Shown: one piece after another, positions 18,910 through 27,565 of the stretch | Position numbering within the stretch: position 1 is the first letter of the stretch | Layout of the letters: the number at the start of each line of letters is the position of its first letter | Assembly: GCA_041581335.1 (NCBI GenBank) | Contig: JBFIDG010000001.1 | Location: forward strand, 1 to 62,910 | Direction of reading: 5' to 3' | DNA: 62,910 bases | Source of the DNA: Thermoplasmatota archaeon | Lineage (GTDB): Archaea > Thermoplasmatota > E2 > JACPAO01 > JAHFTW01 | Notes under the pieces: model-generated | The model's input: only the letters and a program-made list of their open reading frames with translations | Told to the model about the DNA's origin: nothing | Databases searched by the model: none | Translations under genes and position numbers: made by a program

Positions 18910-19773
18910 ATGCACAACGGGACGCTGGCCCTTGCAGCCCTTGGACTCCTCTTGGTCGCCCTACCGGCGTCGGCGCAGCCGGACCCCGGTCTCCCCGGTC
19001 TCGACGAGATCCCCCTGATCGGTGACGAGCTCATCGACGTGGAAGGTGCCCAGCAGCAGCTGTCCGACCTGGTCGGCGGCGAAGAGCCCGCGCAGCCCGA
19101 CGAGCCCGCGCCGCCTGCCAAGAGCAAGGAGCCAGGCTTCGCCGACCGTGTGGCCCAGGCCATCGGCGACGACGCCGTCTCGTTCTCCCTGGCCGGTGTC
19201 GCCACGGCGGTCCTCACCGCTGGCGGCTTCGCCCTTGTCACCCGCTACATCTCCCCCAAAGAGGCACTCAAGAACCCGCAGCGTGCCATGCTGTATGGTT
19301 TCGTCCGCGCCACCCCGGGGGTCCACCTCAAGCAGCTCTCCGAGGAGTTCGGTATGAAGACCTCCAGCATCCTCTGGCACATCCGCAAGCTGGAGTCCGC
19401 CGAGCTCGTCAAGTCGGAACGCGTCAACGGCTTCCGCGTGTTCTACCCCGTCGAAGGCGGCGTAGAGATCCGCAAGGTCAGCCGCGCGCTGGCCACGCTG
19501 CAGAACGACAACGCCCTGCACATCTACCAATACATCGAACGCCACCCGGGCACCCCCGCCGCCGCCATGGCGGAGCGCCTGAGCCTCCACGGTGGCACCG
19601 CGCGCTGGCACCTGCGCAAGCTGCGCGACCATGGACTGCTCGACGAACTCGTCCAGTCTGATGGCTCGCGCTTCTACCCCACACCACTGGGGAACCGTGC
19701 TCTGGAGGCCCGTGAGGGCCGTCCCGTGGACGCTCCGGCACGCCCTGTCGGAACGCCCGCACTCTCCGAATGA
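18910..19773 (+). CDS. Membrane-anchored transcription regulator: signal peptide, acidic/Pro-rich ectodomain, one TM, two ArsR-like winged-helix domains
   Basis: MHNGTLALAALGLLLVALPASA signal, TM VSFSLAGVATAVLTAGGFALV, then two wHTH units (..HLKQLSEEFGMKTSSILWHIRKLESAELV.. and ..AAAMAERLSLHGGTARWHLRKLRDHGLL..). Confidence 0.65.
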   Translation: MHNGTLALAALGLLLVALPASAQPDPGLPGLDEIPLIGDELIDVEGAQQQLSDLVGGEEPAQPDEPAPPAKSKEPGFADRVAQAIGDDAVSFSLAGVATAVLTAGGFALVTRYISPKEALKNPQRAMLYGFVRATPGVHLKQLSEEFGMKTSSILWHIRKLESAELVKSERVNGFRVFYPVEGGVEIRKVSRALATLQNDNALHIYQYIERHPGTPAAAMAERLSLHGGTARWHLRKLRDHGLLDELVQSDGSRFYPTPLGNRALEAREGRPVDAPARPVGTPALSE

Positions 19774-20561
19774 AACACATCCTACTCGTCGTCGCCGTGC
19801 TGTGCGTCCCGGTCGCCGTAGCGCAGCTCGAACTGCCCGAGAACCCCTTGGACCCCGTCCGACCGGACCCCGTCGGGCCAGGGCTGGAGCCAGGCCAAGA
19901 GGACCCTGCCCCTGAGGCGGGCCTCCCCGGCGTCGAAGAGGGCGGCAGCGGCATCGACTGGGGCAGCGGCCTCGTCTGGGGCATCGGCGGTGCCGGCGTC
20001 GGTATCGTGGCCCTCGCGGGCCTCGCGTACTACCTAGGCGTCGGCGGCCTACGGCACATCGACAAGCACAACGTCTTGGAACACCCGATGCGCCAGTCCC
20101 TGCTCGACGTCGTCGAGACCAGCCCTGGCGTCCACCTGCGAGACCTGGCACAACGCCACGAGACCGCCGTGACAAACACCCAGTGGCACCTGCGGAAGCT
20201 CGAGATGGCCGGTCTGGTCAAGACGCAGAAGGTGCAGGGCCGCAGGCTCTACTACCCGACCCGCGGCGGCGCGCAGGCCAAGGAACAGGCGATCCAGAAC
20301 GCTGCCATGCAGAACCCCAACGCGCAGCGCATCCTGACGTACCTGGAATCCCATCCCGGCACCAACCAACGCAGCCTGGCCGAGGCGCTCGACATGAACC
20401 CCGGCACGGTGCGCTGGCACCTGCGCAAGATGGAGTCTGCCAACATGGTGCGCTGCGTCCAGGACGGGACCCAGAGCTGCTACTTCCCCGTCGTCCAAGA
20501 CGCCATCGGCTCCTGGAACAACTCAAGCAGCGAAGGCGTCGCCGTCGAAGAACGGACCTGA
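19770..20561 (+). CDS. Paralogous membrane-anchored double winged-helix regulator
   Basis: Same architecture: MKHILLVVAVLCVPVAVA signal, Pro/acidic segment, a Gly-rich TM, then two wHTH units (..HLRDLAQRHETAVTNTQWHLRKLEMAGLV.. and ..QRSLAEALDMNPGTVRWHLRKMESANMV..). Its start overlaps the upstream stop (ATGA). Confidence 0.65.
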   Translation: MKHILLVVAVLCVPVAVAQLELPENPLDPVRPDPVGPGLEPGQEDPAPEAGLPGVEEGGSGIDWGSGLVWGIGGAGVGIVALAGLAYYLGVGGLRHIDKHNVLEHPMRQSLLDVVETSPGVHLRDLAQRHETAVTNTQWHLRKLEMAGLVKTQKVQGRRLYYPTRGGAQAKEQAIQNAAMQNPNAQRILTYLESHPGTNQRSLAEALDMNPGTVRWHLRKMESANMVRCVQDGTQSCYFPVVQDAIGSWNNSSSEGVAVEERT

Positions 20562-20621
20562 GCAGCACTGTTCGATGTTCGTCCCATAAGGGTGGTCGTC
20601 CACGCCGACACAAGCATACCC

Positions 20622-21017
20622 ATGGAGGCGTACCACATCGTCCAGGAAGGCGAGGCCTGGGTCTGGCGGCTCTACAATGGCGACACCCCGGTCGCCCAGG
20701 GCATCCTGTATGCGGCACTCGACAACGTCGAGCGTGACCTGAAGGTCGTCTGCGAAGGCGACGCGCCCCCGTCGGTGTTCGCCGTGGCCCCTGACAAGTG
20801 GGCGTGGGCTTTCCAGCGCGAAGGCCAACGCCTTGGCACGACTCTGCGGGCGTTCCCGACCCGCGATGAGGCGTTCGATGCCTGCATCCGGGCCCTGGCC
20901 ATAGGGCGCCGCGCCGCGCGGGCCCCGTGGCGCTGGCCGGACGTGCCGGCGGGTGGGGTGGCGGAGCCAGGCTCCCTGGTCCCTAGAGGCCCTTCATCAT
21001 CTCGCGCAAGCCGTTGA
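20622..21017 (+). CDS. Small protein with two YegP/DUF1508-like repeats (tentative)
   Basis: The pair MEAYHIVQEGEAWVWRLYNGDTPVAQG..Y and FAVAPDKWAWAFQREGQRLG..F.TRDEA resembles tandem YegP repeats. The 3' end overlaps the convergent gene by about 35 nt. Confidence 0.4.
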   Translation: MEAYHIVQEGEAWVWRLYNGDTPVAQGILYAALDNVERDLKVVCEGDAPPSVFAVAPDKWAWAFQREGQRLGTTLRAFPTRDEAFDACIRALAIGRRAARAPWRWPDVPAGGVAEPGSLVPRGPSSSRASR

Positions 21018-21834
21018 GGATGATCTGCGTGTGCACGATGTCCTCCCGGTTGTACTCGATGAGGTCCTTCTTGATCGTCGCACTGCGGTTGGTGCGGAAC
21101 GACCTGTACAAGCGGAGGGCGTGGTAGCCGTCCTTGACCTTCAATTGCGGCTTCTTGTAGCCGAAGAACTGCGCGACCTTCTCGGACTTGAACTTGGAGA
21201 CCGGCAAGTAGACCCGCTGGGACTCCGGGTTGCCGGTGTAGACGACCTCTTGCTGAAGGTCGAACCAGTTGACCTTGTTGACCCACTTGGGGTCGATGCC
21301 GTATTTCTCACTGGCGCGGCGTAGCTGCACGGTGTCGCTGCTGGCGCCACCCCAGGTCACCATGGTGGCGCCGGTCTCGCATAGGGCCTTGAAGTCCCGC
21401 AGGAGCTTCTCTTGCCCGGCGCGGGTGTGGTCGAACCAGCTCGTGGTCTTGTTGGTCTCGTGGTCCAACATGCCGTACAGGAAGATCTCCGACTTGGGCC
21501 CGTCGAACTCCAGGTCCATGTGGATGATGGGCTCTTGCAGGTCGTAGATGCGTGGGTCGGCGGCGTAGACGATGGCCTCGCCTTTGGCGTGCGCTTCAGC
21601 AAAACCTTGCAGAAGTGGCAGCTGCCCCAGGAACCCCTCGTCGCCTTCGAACTTGCCGCTGGCACGAAGCGCCTCGATATCGGCCTTCCACAACTTCTCC
21701 ACGGTGTCGACGCCGGCGGCCCGCAGCCGTTCGGCTCGCCCTTCCTTGACCATGGGTAAGTCGGTGAGTTCGGTTCCCAACGGTCGGCCAACGATGCTTG
21801 ACGATAAACCCCCTGCCTTTGTCGGAGGGGGCAT
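20983..21834 (-). CDS. RNase H-fold 3'-5' exonuclease-like protein (YprB/PolB-exo-like) with N-terminal helix-hairpin-helix
   Basis: HhH-like LTDLPMVKEGRAERLRAAGVDTVEKL, plus acidic motifs IHMDLEFDG, VTWGGASSD and EYNREDIVHT. Start is ATG 21834 (MPPPTK) or 21753. The upstream part of the ORF is unlikely to be coding. Confidence 0.55.
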   Translation of the reverse strand: MPPPTKAGGLSSSIVGRPLGTELTDLPMVKEGRAERLRAAGVDTVEKLWKADIEALRASGKFEGDEGFLGQLPLLQGFAEAHAKGEAIVYAADPRIYDLQEPIIHMDLEFDGPKSEIFLYGMLDHETNKTTSWFDHTRAGQEKLLRDFKALCETGATMVTWGGASSDTVQLRRASEKYGIDPKWVNKVNWFDLQQEVVYTGNPESQRVYLPVSKFKSEKVAQFFGYKKPQLKVKDGYHALRLYRSFRTNRSATIKKDLIEYNREDIVHTQIILNGLREMMKGL

Positions 21835-21922
21835 TGCTGCGGCGAGGGGCCGCTGCGCAGGCACCCGCATCCTTGTGTGTGGCGACCAACATCGCCAAGT
21901 GGCGTGACGTCGATGCCCCGGT

Positions 21923-22327
21923 ATGCGTTGGCTTGCCGTGGGCCTGATCGTCACTCTGGTCGGCTGCGCCGGGCCGCCGAGTGCGGCGGGGCCATGCGCA
22001 GCGTACCACACGCCGGGGGATGCGTTGGTGGTCCAGTTCCAGGGGCCCTCCGAGGAGAGCTACGAAGAGTGGGCCATCCCACCATGGTCAGCGTACGACG
22101 TCGAGGTGGTCCGTCACGCCCGCAACGGCGATGCCGTCTGGACGGTGGACCCCGCCATTGTCGATGGCTGCATGAGTGCCCCGTTGGATGGGCCGGGGGA
22201 ATACCGGCTGACCGCGAGGGCACCCGTCGCGGAGGACGACTATTGCTGGTTCTCCGCTTGGAAGGAGTTCTCGTACGATGGCGGCCTCGTGGAGATCGAC
22301 GTCTCCGTGGGCGCCGTGTGTGCGTAG
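21923..22327 (+). CDS. Small secreted lipoprotein, unknown function
   Basis: MRWLAVGLIVTLVGCAG has a lipobox. 134 aa in a GC3-rich frame. Confidence 0.5.
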   Translation: MRWLAVGLIVTLVGCAGPPSAAGPCAAYHTPGDALVVQFQGPSEESYEEWAIPPWSAYDVEVVRHARNGDAVWTVDPAIVDGCMSAPLDGPGEYRLTARAPVAEDDYCWFSAWKEFSYDGGLVEIDVSVGAVCA

Positions 22328-22378
22328 GCGGCCGCTCCGCTGAAGGTCCGCTTCGTGGTCGGACCAGTGCGTGTCGCT

Positions 22379-22657
22379 TCAGTCCATGACGCCAGCGTAT
22401 TCGAGGGCGAACAAGCCGCCCTGGAACGCGCTGGTGGCGCCGTTGAAGCCGAAGCCCATGGCGTCGTTGGTGAGGCCTGCGGCGGTCTTGCCCATCTCGC
22501 TTGCCAGGGCTTCCCAGTCGTCGCCGTCGTGCTCGGCCCACTTCATGATGATCTTCATCGCGATGTTGAATCCCTCGCGCTCTGCGCCCTCGAAGTCCTC
22601 CTGCATGGAGTCCTTGAGTTTGCGGACGAAGTCCAGCATCGACATCTCTTCGGTCAT
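22379..22657 (-). CDS. Small acidic hypothetical protein
   Basis: 92-aa ORF with protein-like composition and no recognisable domain. Confidence 0.4.
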   Translation of the reverse strand: MTEEMSMLDFVRKLKDSMQEDFEGAEREGFNIAMKIIMKWAEHDGDDWEALASEMGKTAAGLTNDAMGFGFNGATSAFQGGLFALEYAGVMD

Positions 22658-22738
22658 GTCTTCGCGAGCGGCGTGCTCCGATTAGACCATTTTGTAGGCG
22701 GGGCGCCGGCACGTGGTGCCTGACGCGGTGCGGGAGGA

Positions 22739-23290
22739 CTACGCCAGGGCTCGCTTGGCCGCGAACACGTTGTCGATGAATTCATCCATCCTTGCACTCG
22801 AGATGCGTTTCTTGAACACCACCTTCAGCCCGCCAAGTGGGCTGTCGATGACGACCGCACGGCGACGAGCGAAGAAGAGAAGAACGAACGCGCCCACGAG
22901 AATGGGAAGGGTCAGGATGCCAAGGATGACCATGCCCATGTCCCAGACCTTTCCATGCATGATCCCAGGCACCTTCGCCAGGTCTGCATGGTAGGTTCCG
23001 GAACTGCCCGTCAGCCAATTCGAGTAATGGACAACGAGGCGTTCGCGCGTCAAGGCAATCGAGTTCTTGTCAAAGACGCCGGAGCTTAGGCTGTCGATGA
23101 TGCCTCCCTGCCCCGTGTGCTTCTCTGCCTTCGCGACCGCCTGGACCTGCACGGCAAGCGGGGTGGAGGAGACCTTGACGTTGCCCTGAGACGAGCCGTA
23201 CCCGCATGCTGGGCACGATGGGGGCGTTCCCGGCGTCACGGATACTTCAGTAGAACATTTGGGGCAAGATTTGACAGCCACGGCACGCAA
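22739..23290 (-). CDS. Zinc-ribbon membrane protein with a PH-like (bPH-type) segment
   Basis: N-terminal CPKC..CPAC zinc ribbon, one TM (MVILGILTLPILVGAFVLLFF), and flanking segments resembling bacterial PH-like domains. Confidence 0.45.
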   Translation of the reverse strand: MRAVAVKSCPKCSTEVSVTPGTPPSCPACGYGSSQGNVKVSSTPLAVQVQAVAKAEKHTGQGGIIDSLSSGVFDKNSIALTRERLVVHYSNWLTGSSGTYHADLAKVPGIMHGKVWDMGMVILGILTLPILVGAFVLLFFARRRAVVIDSPLGGLKVVFKKRISSARMDEFIDNVFAAKRALA

Positions 23291-23368
23291 TTGCGCTGAC
23301 GTGCTTTCAATGTTGGCACTGCCTTGTCCACGTATTCGGGGTGCCTGCCGGGCGGGGTGGCCTGCAGT

Positions 23369-24541
23369 TCAAGCGGTGACGTAGCCCACTGCGTCGGGCA
23401 CGGGGGGCGCTTCGGCGAAGTCGCCTTCGCGGCGCTCGATCTTCTGGCCGCCGAGCTCGACGAGCTCGTTGTCTTCCCACTTCGGGTTGAGGCGGGGGCG
23501 GGGCTTGCAGGTCGCCAGCAGGTAGTTGGCGACGATGGGCCAGGCCATGATGACGTCGCTGTACAGCGTCGCCTTGGTGGCCTTGGCGTGGACCTTGCCC
23601 CAGGCCTGGGCTTCCTCGAGGGTGCTGCCGGACAGGCCGTTCCACTCGGGGCGGTCCATGGTGATGTTGACGGCGTATTCGTGGCCTTCGCGGTCCGTGT
23701 ACTCGGTGGTCTCGCAGACCACTTCGCAGTCGTTGACGAAGTTCTTGGGGACGCCGCCACCGAGGTAGATGACGCAGCTCTTCTTGCTGTTGCCTTTGAG
23801 CTGGGTGATCTCCCAGTTGTCCGCGACGGGGTCGTGGATGAAGGTCTTCTTGGTGCCGGCGCGGGTGTGGCGCCAGTGGTTGATGCACAGGCCGATGCCC
23901 ATGGAGCAGTCGGTCAGGGCGGGGATCCACAGGGGGACCTGGAATTCGTTGACCTTCGCGAGCACGCCTTTGTTGACGGCCTTCAGGTCGTTGTAGGCGC
24001 GGCCCTCGTTGATGGTCTGGCCGACGAAATCGGTGAACTGGCGGCTGGTCTTGACGCCGGCGATGTCCTTGTCGTCGGCGAGGTAACTGATGTAGCCGTC
24101 GCAGGCGCGCAGGAAGTCCTCGTCGATGTAGGAGTCGTAGAGGCGGTCGATCATGTGGTCGCGGAGCAACAGGTTGTCGACGCTGGGGCGGCCTTGGCCG
24201 ACGGGGCCGCCGAGGCTCAGGTACAGGTCGTCGTCGATGCAGCCGCCGGTGCTGACCCAGGCGTCGATGAAGCCGGCTTCCATCATCTTGACGAAGAGGT
24301 CGCGCATGCCGGTTGAGATGAGGGTGCCTGCGGTGGCGAGGATGACCGTCGGGCGGTCGGGGTCCTCAAGGGCGCGGCGCAGGATGTCGCAGACTTGGCC
24401 GAGTTGGCGGCCCTGCGCGGAGGTCTGGGCCATCATCTCGATGAGCTTCACGACGTCGCCGGTGGGTTGCACCTGGTTGACGGGGGTCGCAAAGAAGTCG
24501 CTCTTCTTCCATTCGTATTCGGGGTCGATGCGGGATTCCAT
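23369..24541 (-). CDS. dys: Deoxyhypusine synthase
   Basis: DHS blocks: TVILATAGTLISTGMR, AWVSTGGCIDDDL, and LGGGVPKNF with the active-site Lys context EEAQAWGKV. It has a ~45-aa C-terminal extension. Confidence 0.8.
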   Translation of the reverse strand: MESRIDPEYEWKKSDFFATPVNQVQPTGDVVKLIEMMAQTSAQGRQLGQVCDILRRALEDPDRPTVILATAGTLISTGMRDLFVKMMEAGFIDAWVSTGGCIDDDLYLSLGGPVGQGRPSVDNLLLRDHMIDRLYDSYIDEDFLRACDGYISYLADDKDIAGVKTSRQFTDFVGQTINEGRAYNDLKAVNKGVLAKVNEFQVPLWIPALTDCSMGIGLCINHWRHTRAGTKKTFIHDPVADNWEITQLKGNSKKSCVIYLGGGVPKNFVNDCEVVCETTEYTDREGHEYAVNITMDRPEWNGLSGSTLEEAQAWGKVHAKATKATLYSDVIMAWPIVANYLLATCKPRPRLNPKWEDNELVELGGQKIERREGDFAEAPPVPDAVGYVTA

Positions 24542-24870
24542 GGTAGGTCACCTCCTAATATGCCTCAGCAGAGCAGAGCGCTCCGCTGTGGGGGTCGCGC
24601 CAGGAGGGACGCCCACGACCGCAATGACCCGCATCGGCCGGTAGGGTGAATCGAGGGCGTCTTGTAGATGAAACCGGCGCAGCTACGCAGAATCGGGTAT
24701 GGGCGTGCTGCAGGTCCTCAGGGGTGCGGGCGCCGGGCATCTCCAGGGGGCGGCGTGGTGGCGGCACGGCTCCGGCTGGCCGGGGGGCGTGTCGATGGCG
24801 CCGGGCGGCCGCGTTCAGATTCGACGGCGGCGATGAAAAGCACAATAGGGGGGCCATCATCTCTACGGAC

Positions 24871-25506
24871 TTGGTGCCAAACCCCCCACCGCCGTCCCGG
24901 TTGCCAAGGCAAGACCACCGACGACCCCCACCGCCATTCATCAACCTCTCAGGCGACTACCGTTTCCTGCGCGGAGGCTACTGGGCCCTCGTCGACGCTG
25001 AGCTGAACGGCTACGAAAGCCGCCCCAGCCCCATGCAGGCCGCCACTGCGCAGAATTGCGCCGCGGCGATCCTCGTCGCGGAACGGGCCGGCATCCCGTG
25101 CGCCAAGTGGAAGGTCGCCCGCAAGCCCGAGGACGTCAGGCCTCCGGCCCTGCTCGTCCCCAACGCCGGCCACACGGACACCTACTATCACTGCGAGTCG
25201 CCGCGCTCCGCCGCCAGCCAATGGCGCAGCGCCACCCAGAACGGCACCCGCGTCGCCCTGGTCGTCGACAAGGTCGGCCCGCTGAAGTCCATGAACCAGG
25301 TCGTCGGCACCACGACGAGCGAGCACTACAACCTCGCCTGGCGGGTCTGGCAGGCCTTCGGCGTGCCGCTTGCCACAATCTGGTACCTTGACTCCGACGA
25401 TGGCCCACTGTTCGTGAGCCTCGACCCCTTGCTTCTCCATGATCTTACGGAACGGGAACTGCGCATGTTCGAGGAGGTGAGCACACGGCCGATGTCGCCA
25501 TTGTGA
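24871..25506 (+). CDS. Degenerate ATP-grasp-like protein (paralogue of the downstream ligase lacking key catalytic residues)
   Basis: Aligns by eye with the next ORF: DYRFLRGG vs DASFLRLD, AAAILVAERAGIPCAKW vs VQGILERHGVPTPDT, and TIWYLDSDDGPLFVSLDP vs YGVDLKQLTNGAVVIEVNDNP. The ATP-binding Lys block is replaced (PALLVPNAGH vs PIVVKAPSGA). The start is uncertain: TTG 24871, TTG 24901 or ATG 25033. Confidence 0.45.
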   Translation: MVPNPPPPSRLPRQDHRRPPPPFINLSGDYRFLRGGYWALVDAELNGYESRPSPMQAATAQNCAAAILVAERAGIPCAKWKVARKPEDVRPPALLVPNAGHTDTYYHCESPRSAASQWRSATQNGTRVALVVDKVGPLKSMNQVVGTTTSEHYNLAWRVWQAFGVPLATIWYLDSDDGPLFVSLDPLLLHDLTERELRMFEEVSTRPMSPL

Positions 25507-26378
25507 CGGACGCGATGAGTCGCGGCCGTGGCGTCGAGCACAAGGCCATGCAGGCCTACATGCGGCAAGCGCCAGATCACGGCCACACGGCCAAGATCCT
25601 TGATGTCTCAGAATTCCACGAACTGCAGAACTTCGACGCGTCGTTCCTGCGGCTCGACACCAATGTGCTCGGGCTCAGCTTCGCTGCCAGTCGCTACGCC
25701 TGGGAGCTCGGGCACCGCGTCGTCGATGATCCTCGCAGCATCCTCACGTGCATGAACAAGGCCCACGTGCAGGGCATCCTGGAACGCCACGGCGTCCCGA
25801 CCCCCGACACCGTGCTGCTCACCCGCGCCGGCTACGATTCCCTGGACGCCGCCGCGCTGTTCGAAGAACTCGGCAGCCCCATCGTCGTCAAAGCCCCCAG
25901 CGGCGCCTTCAGCAGCGCCGTCGAGAAGGCCCGCGACGAGAAGGAACTGCGCGCCGTGCTGCGCAAGTTCGCCGCCCGCAGTGACGTCGTCCTGCTGCAA
26001 CGCTACACGCCGAGCCTGTTCGACTGGCGCGTCGGCCTGCTGTGCGGCGAACCGCTCTACGCGGCCCGCTACCACATCCCGAAGGGCGCCTGGCGCATCC
26101 ACGACAAGCCAGAAGGCAGTCAGAAGAAGGAATGGGCCAAGGTCGAACGCGTCGAGCTCGAAGACGTCCCTGCCGAGATCATGGATGCCGCCACCCGCGC
26201 CGCAGGCGCCATCGGCCGCAGCCTGTACGGCGTGGACCTGAAGCAGCTCACCAACGGCGCCGTCGTCATCGAGGTCAACGACAACCCCAACATGGACTTC
26301 GGGCAAGAGATCCCGGTCGACTCCCCCATGTATGGCGAGATCATCAACAAGATCGCCACAGAGGGCCCGCGTGCCTAA
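25503..26378 (+). CDS. RimK-like ATP-grasp carboxylate-amine ligase
   Basis: ATP-grasp layout with GSPIVVKAPSGAFSSAV, VLLQRYTP..DWRV and YGVDLK...VVIEVNDNPNMD (Mg/ATP site). The GTG start overlaps the upstream stop. Confidence 0.7.
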   Translation: MTDAMSRGRGVEHKAMQAYMRQAPDHGHTAKILDVSEFHELQNFDASFLRLDTNVLGLSFAASRYAWELGHRVVDDPRSILTCMNKAHVQGILERHGVPTPDTVLLTRAGYDSLDAAALFEELGSPIVVKAPSGAFSSAVEKARDEKELRAVLRKFAARSDVVLLQRYTPSLFDWRVGLLCGEPLYAARYHIPKGAWRIHDKPEGSQKKEWAKVERVELEDVPAEIMDAATRAAGAIGRSLYGVDLKQLTNGAVVIEVNDNPNMDFGQEIPVDSPMYGEIINKIATEGPRA

Positions 26379-26805
26379 GCTGCGCCGTGCGACCCTCGAA
26401 GATCTACCTGGCATCCTAGCGCTTGAAGAGGCAGCTTTCCAGCCGTGGCGCCGGAGCAGTGCGGGCAGCCTGCGCCGCGCCATCACCAGCCCCCACCAGA
26501 CCACCTGGGTGTTGGACGACGGAGGCATCGTCGGCAGCCTCATCCTGTGGCACCGTCGCCTGTCCTTGCGGGTCTATGGCGTCGCGATCGACCCGAGCAT
26601 GCAAGGCAAGGGCCTGGGCACGGTCTTGATGGACCACGCCATCGGACTGGCCCGGAAGAAGCACCAGACTGTGCTTCTGGAAGCGGACGTCAGCGACACA
26701 CGCCTCGTCGCCTGGTACGAACAGCAAGGCTTCGTGAAACAGGTCCGGCGCAAGGACTTCTACGCCGAAGGCAAGGACGCCTGGCGCATGGTGCTCAAGA
26801 CGTAA
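26371..26805 (+). CDS. GNAT family N-acetyltransferase
   Basis: Acetyl-CoA motif A: YGVAIDPSMQGKGLGTVLMDHAI. GTG 26371 overlaps the ligase stop by 8 nt. An alternative upstream start lies at 26332. Confidence 0.75.
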   Translation: MPKLRRATLEDLPGILALEEAAFQPWRRSSAGSLRRAITSPHQTTWVLDDGGIVGSLILWHRRLSLRVYGVAIDPSMQGKGLGTVLMDHAIGLARKKHQTVLLEADVSDTRLVAWYEQQGFVKQVRRKDFYAEGKDAWRMVLKT

Positions 26806-27541
26806 GGATCCGCACCAACAGCCCGCCGGCCATCAGCACGAACAGCGGCTTGATCCACTTGTCCCCGTGCTTGATGCTGGTCCGGCTGCCGACGAAGGCG
26901 CCGACCATGGTGCCGAGCATCATGCCGGCCCCGATGCGCCAGTCGATGACGTCCTCGAACGCGAACAACGCAAGGGCCCCCAGGTTCGACCCGAAGTTGA
27001 AGAGCCGACCATGGGCGGCGGCATCGACGAAGCGCATCCCCAGCAGGCTCACAAGCGCAAAGAGCAGCAGACTGCCGGTGCCGGGCCCGAGCAGGCCGTC
27101 GTAGAACGCGATGATGCCCACCGCGCCCGCTGCGGCCAGGGCGGTCCACAGGTCGGGCAGGCTGTACTTGTCGTCCATCCCGAAGCGGGGGCGCAGCAAG
27201 ACGTAGGCGACCATCGAGATGATGACGATGGCGATGAGACGGAGGATCAAGTCCTCGGGCAGTCGCAACACGGTCCAGGCGCCGGCCATGCTCGTGACGA
27301 CCGCGATAGGGAACAACCACAGCAGCTCGCGTCGGACGAGCCCATGCTTGGCGTACTGCCAGGTCGCCATGCCGCTGGCTCCCGTCCCGGCGACCTTGTT
27401 GGTGGCGATGGCTGCATGCGGGGGTAGGCCTGCGGCGATGATGGCGGGCAACGTGATGACTCCGCCGCCGCCGACCATGCTGTCGATGAAGCCTGCGACC
27501 ACGGCCGCGGGGATGAGCCACCAGAGGGGGTCCACAAGCAT
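26795..27541 (-). CDS. TSUP (TauE/SafE, DUF81) family membrane permease
   Basis: Polytopic 248-aa protein with GFIDSMVGGGGVITLP and ATNKVAG motifs, and an internal repeat typical of TSUP. Confidence 0.75.
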   Translation of the reverse strand: MLVDPLWWLIPAAVVAGFIDSMVGGGGVITLPAIIAAGLPPHAAIATNKVAGTGASGMATWQYAKHGLVRRELLWLFPIAVVTSMAGAWTVLRLPEDLILRLIAIVIISMVAYVLLRPRFGMDDKYSLPDLWTALAAAGAVGIIAFYDGLLGPGTGSLLLFALVSLLGMRFVDAAAHGRLFNFGSNLGALALFAFEDVIDWRIGAGMMLGTMVGAFVGSRTSIKHGDKWIKPLFVLMAGGLLVRILTS

Positions 27542-27565
27542 GCCAGGGGTTGGGGCTTCAAGGCT

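Noticed and set aside
23369-24541. Deoxyhypusine synthase is longer than usual (390 aa); checked for an intein or a fusion
   Set aside because: The extra length is a C-terminal extension of about 45 aa and a few short insertions. No intein blocks or a second domain are visible.
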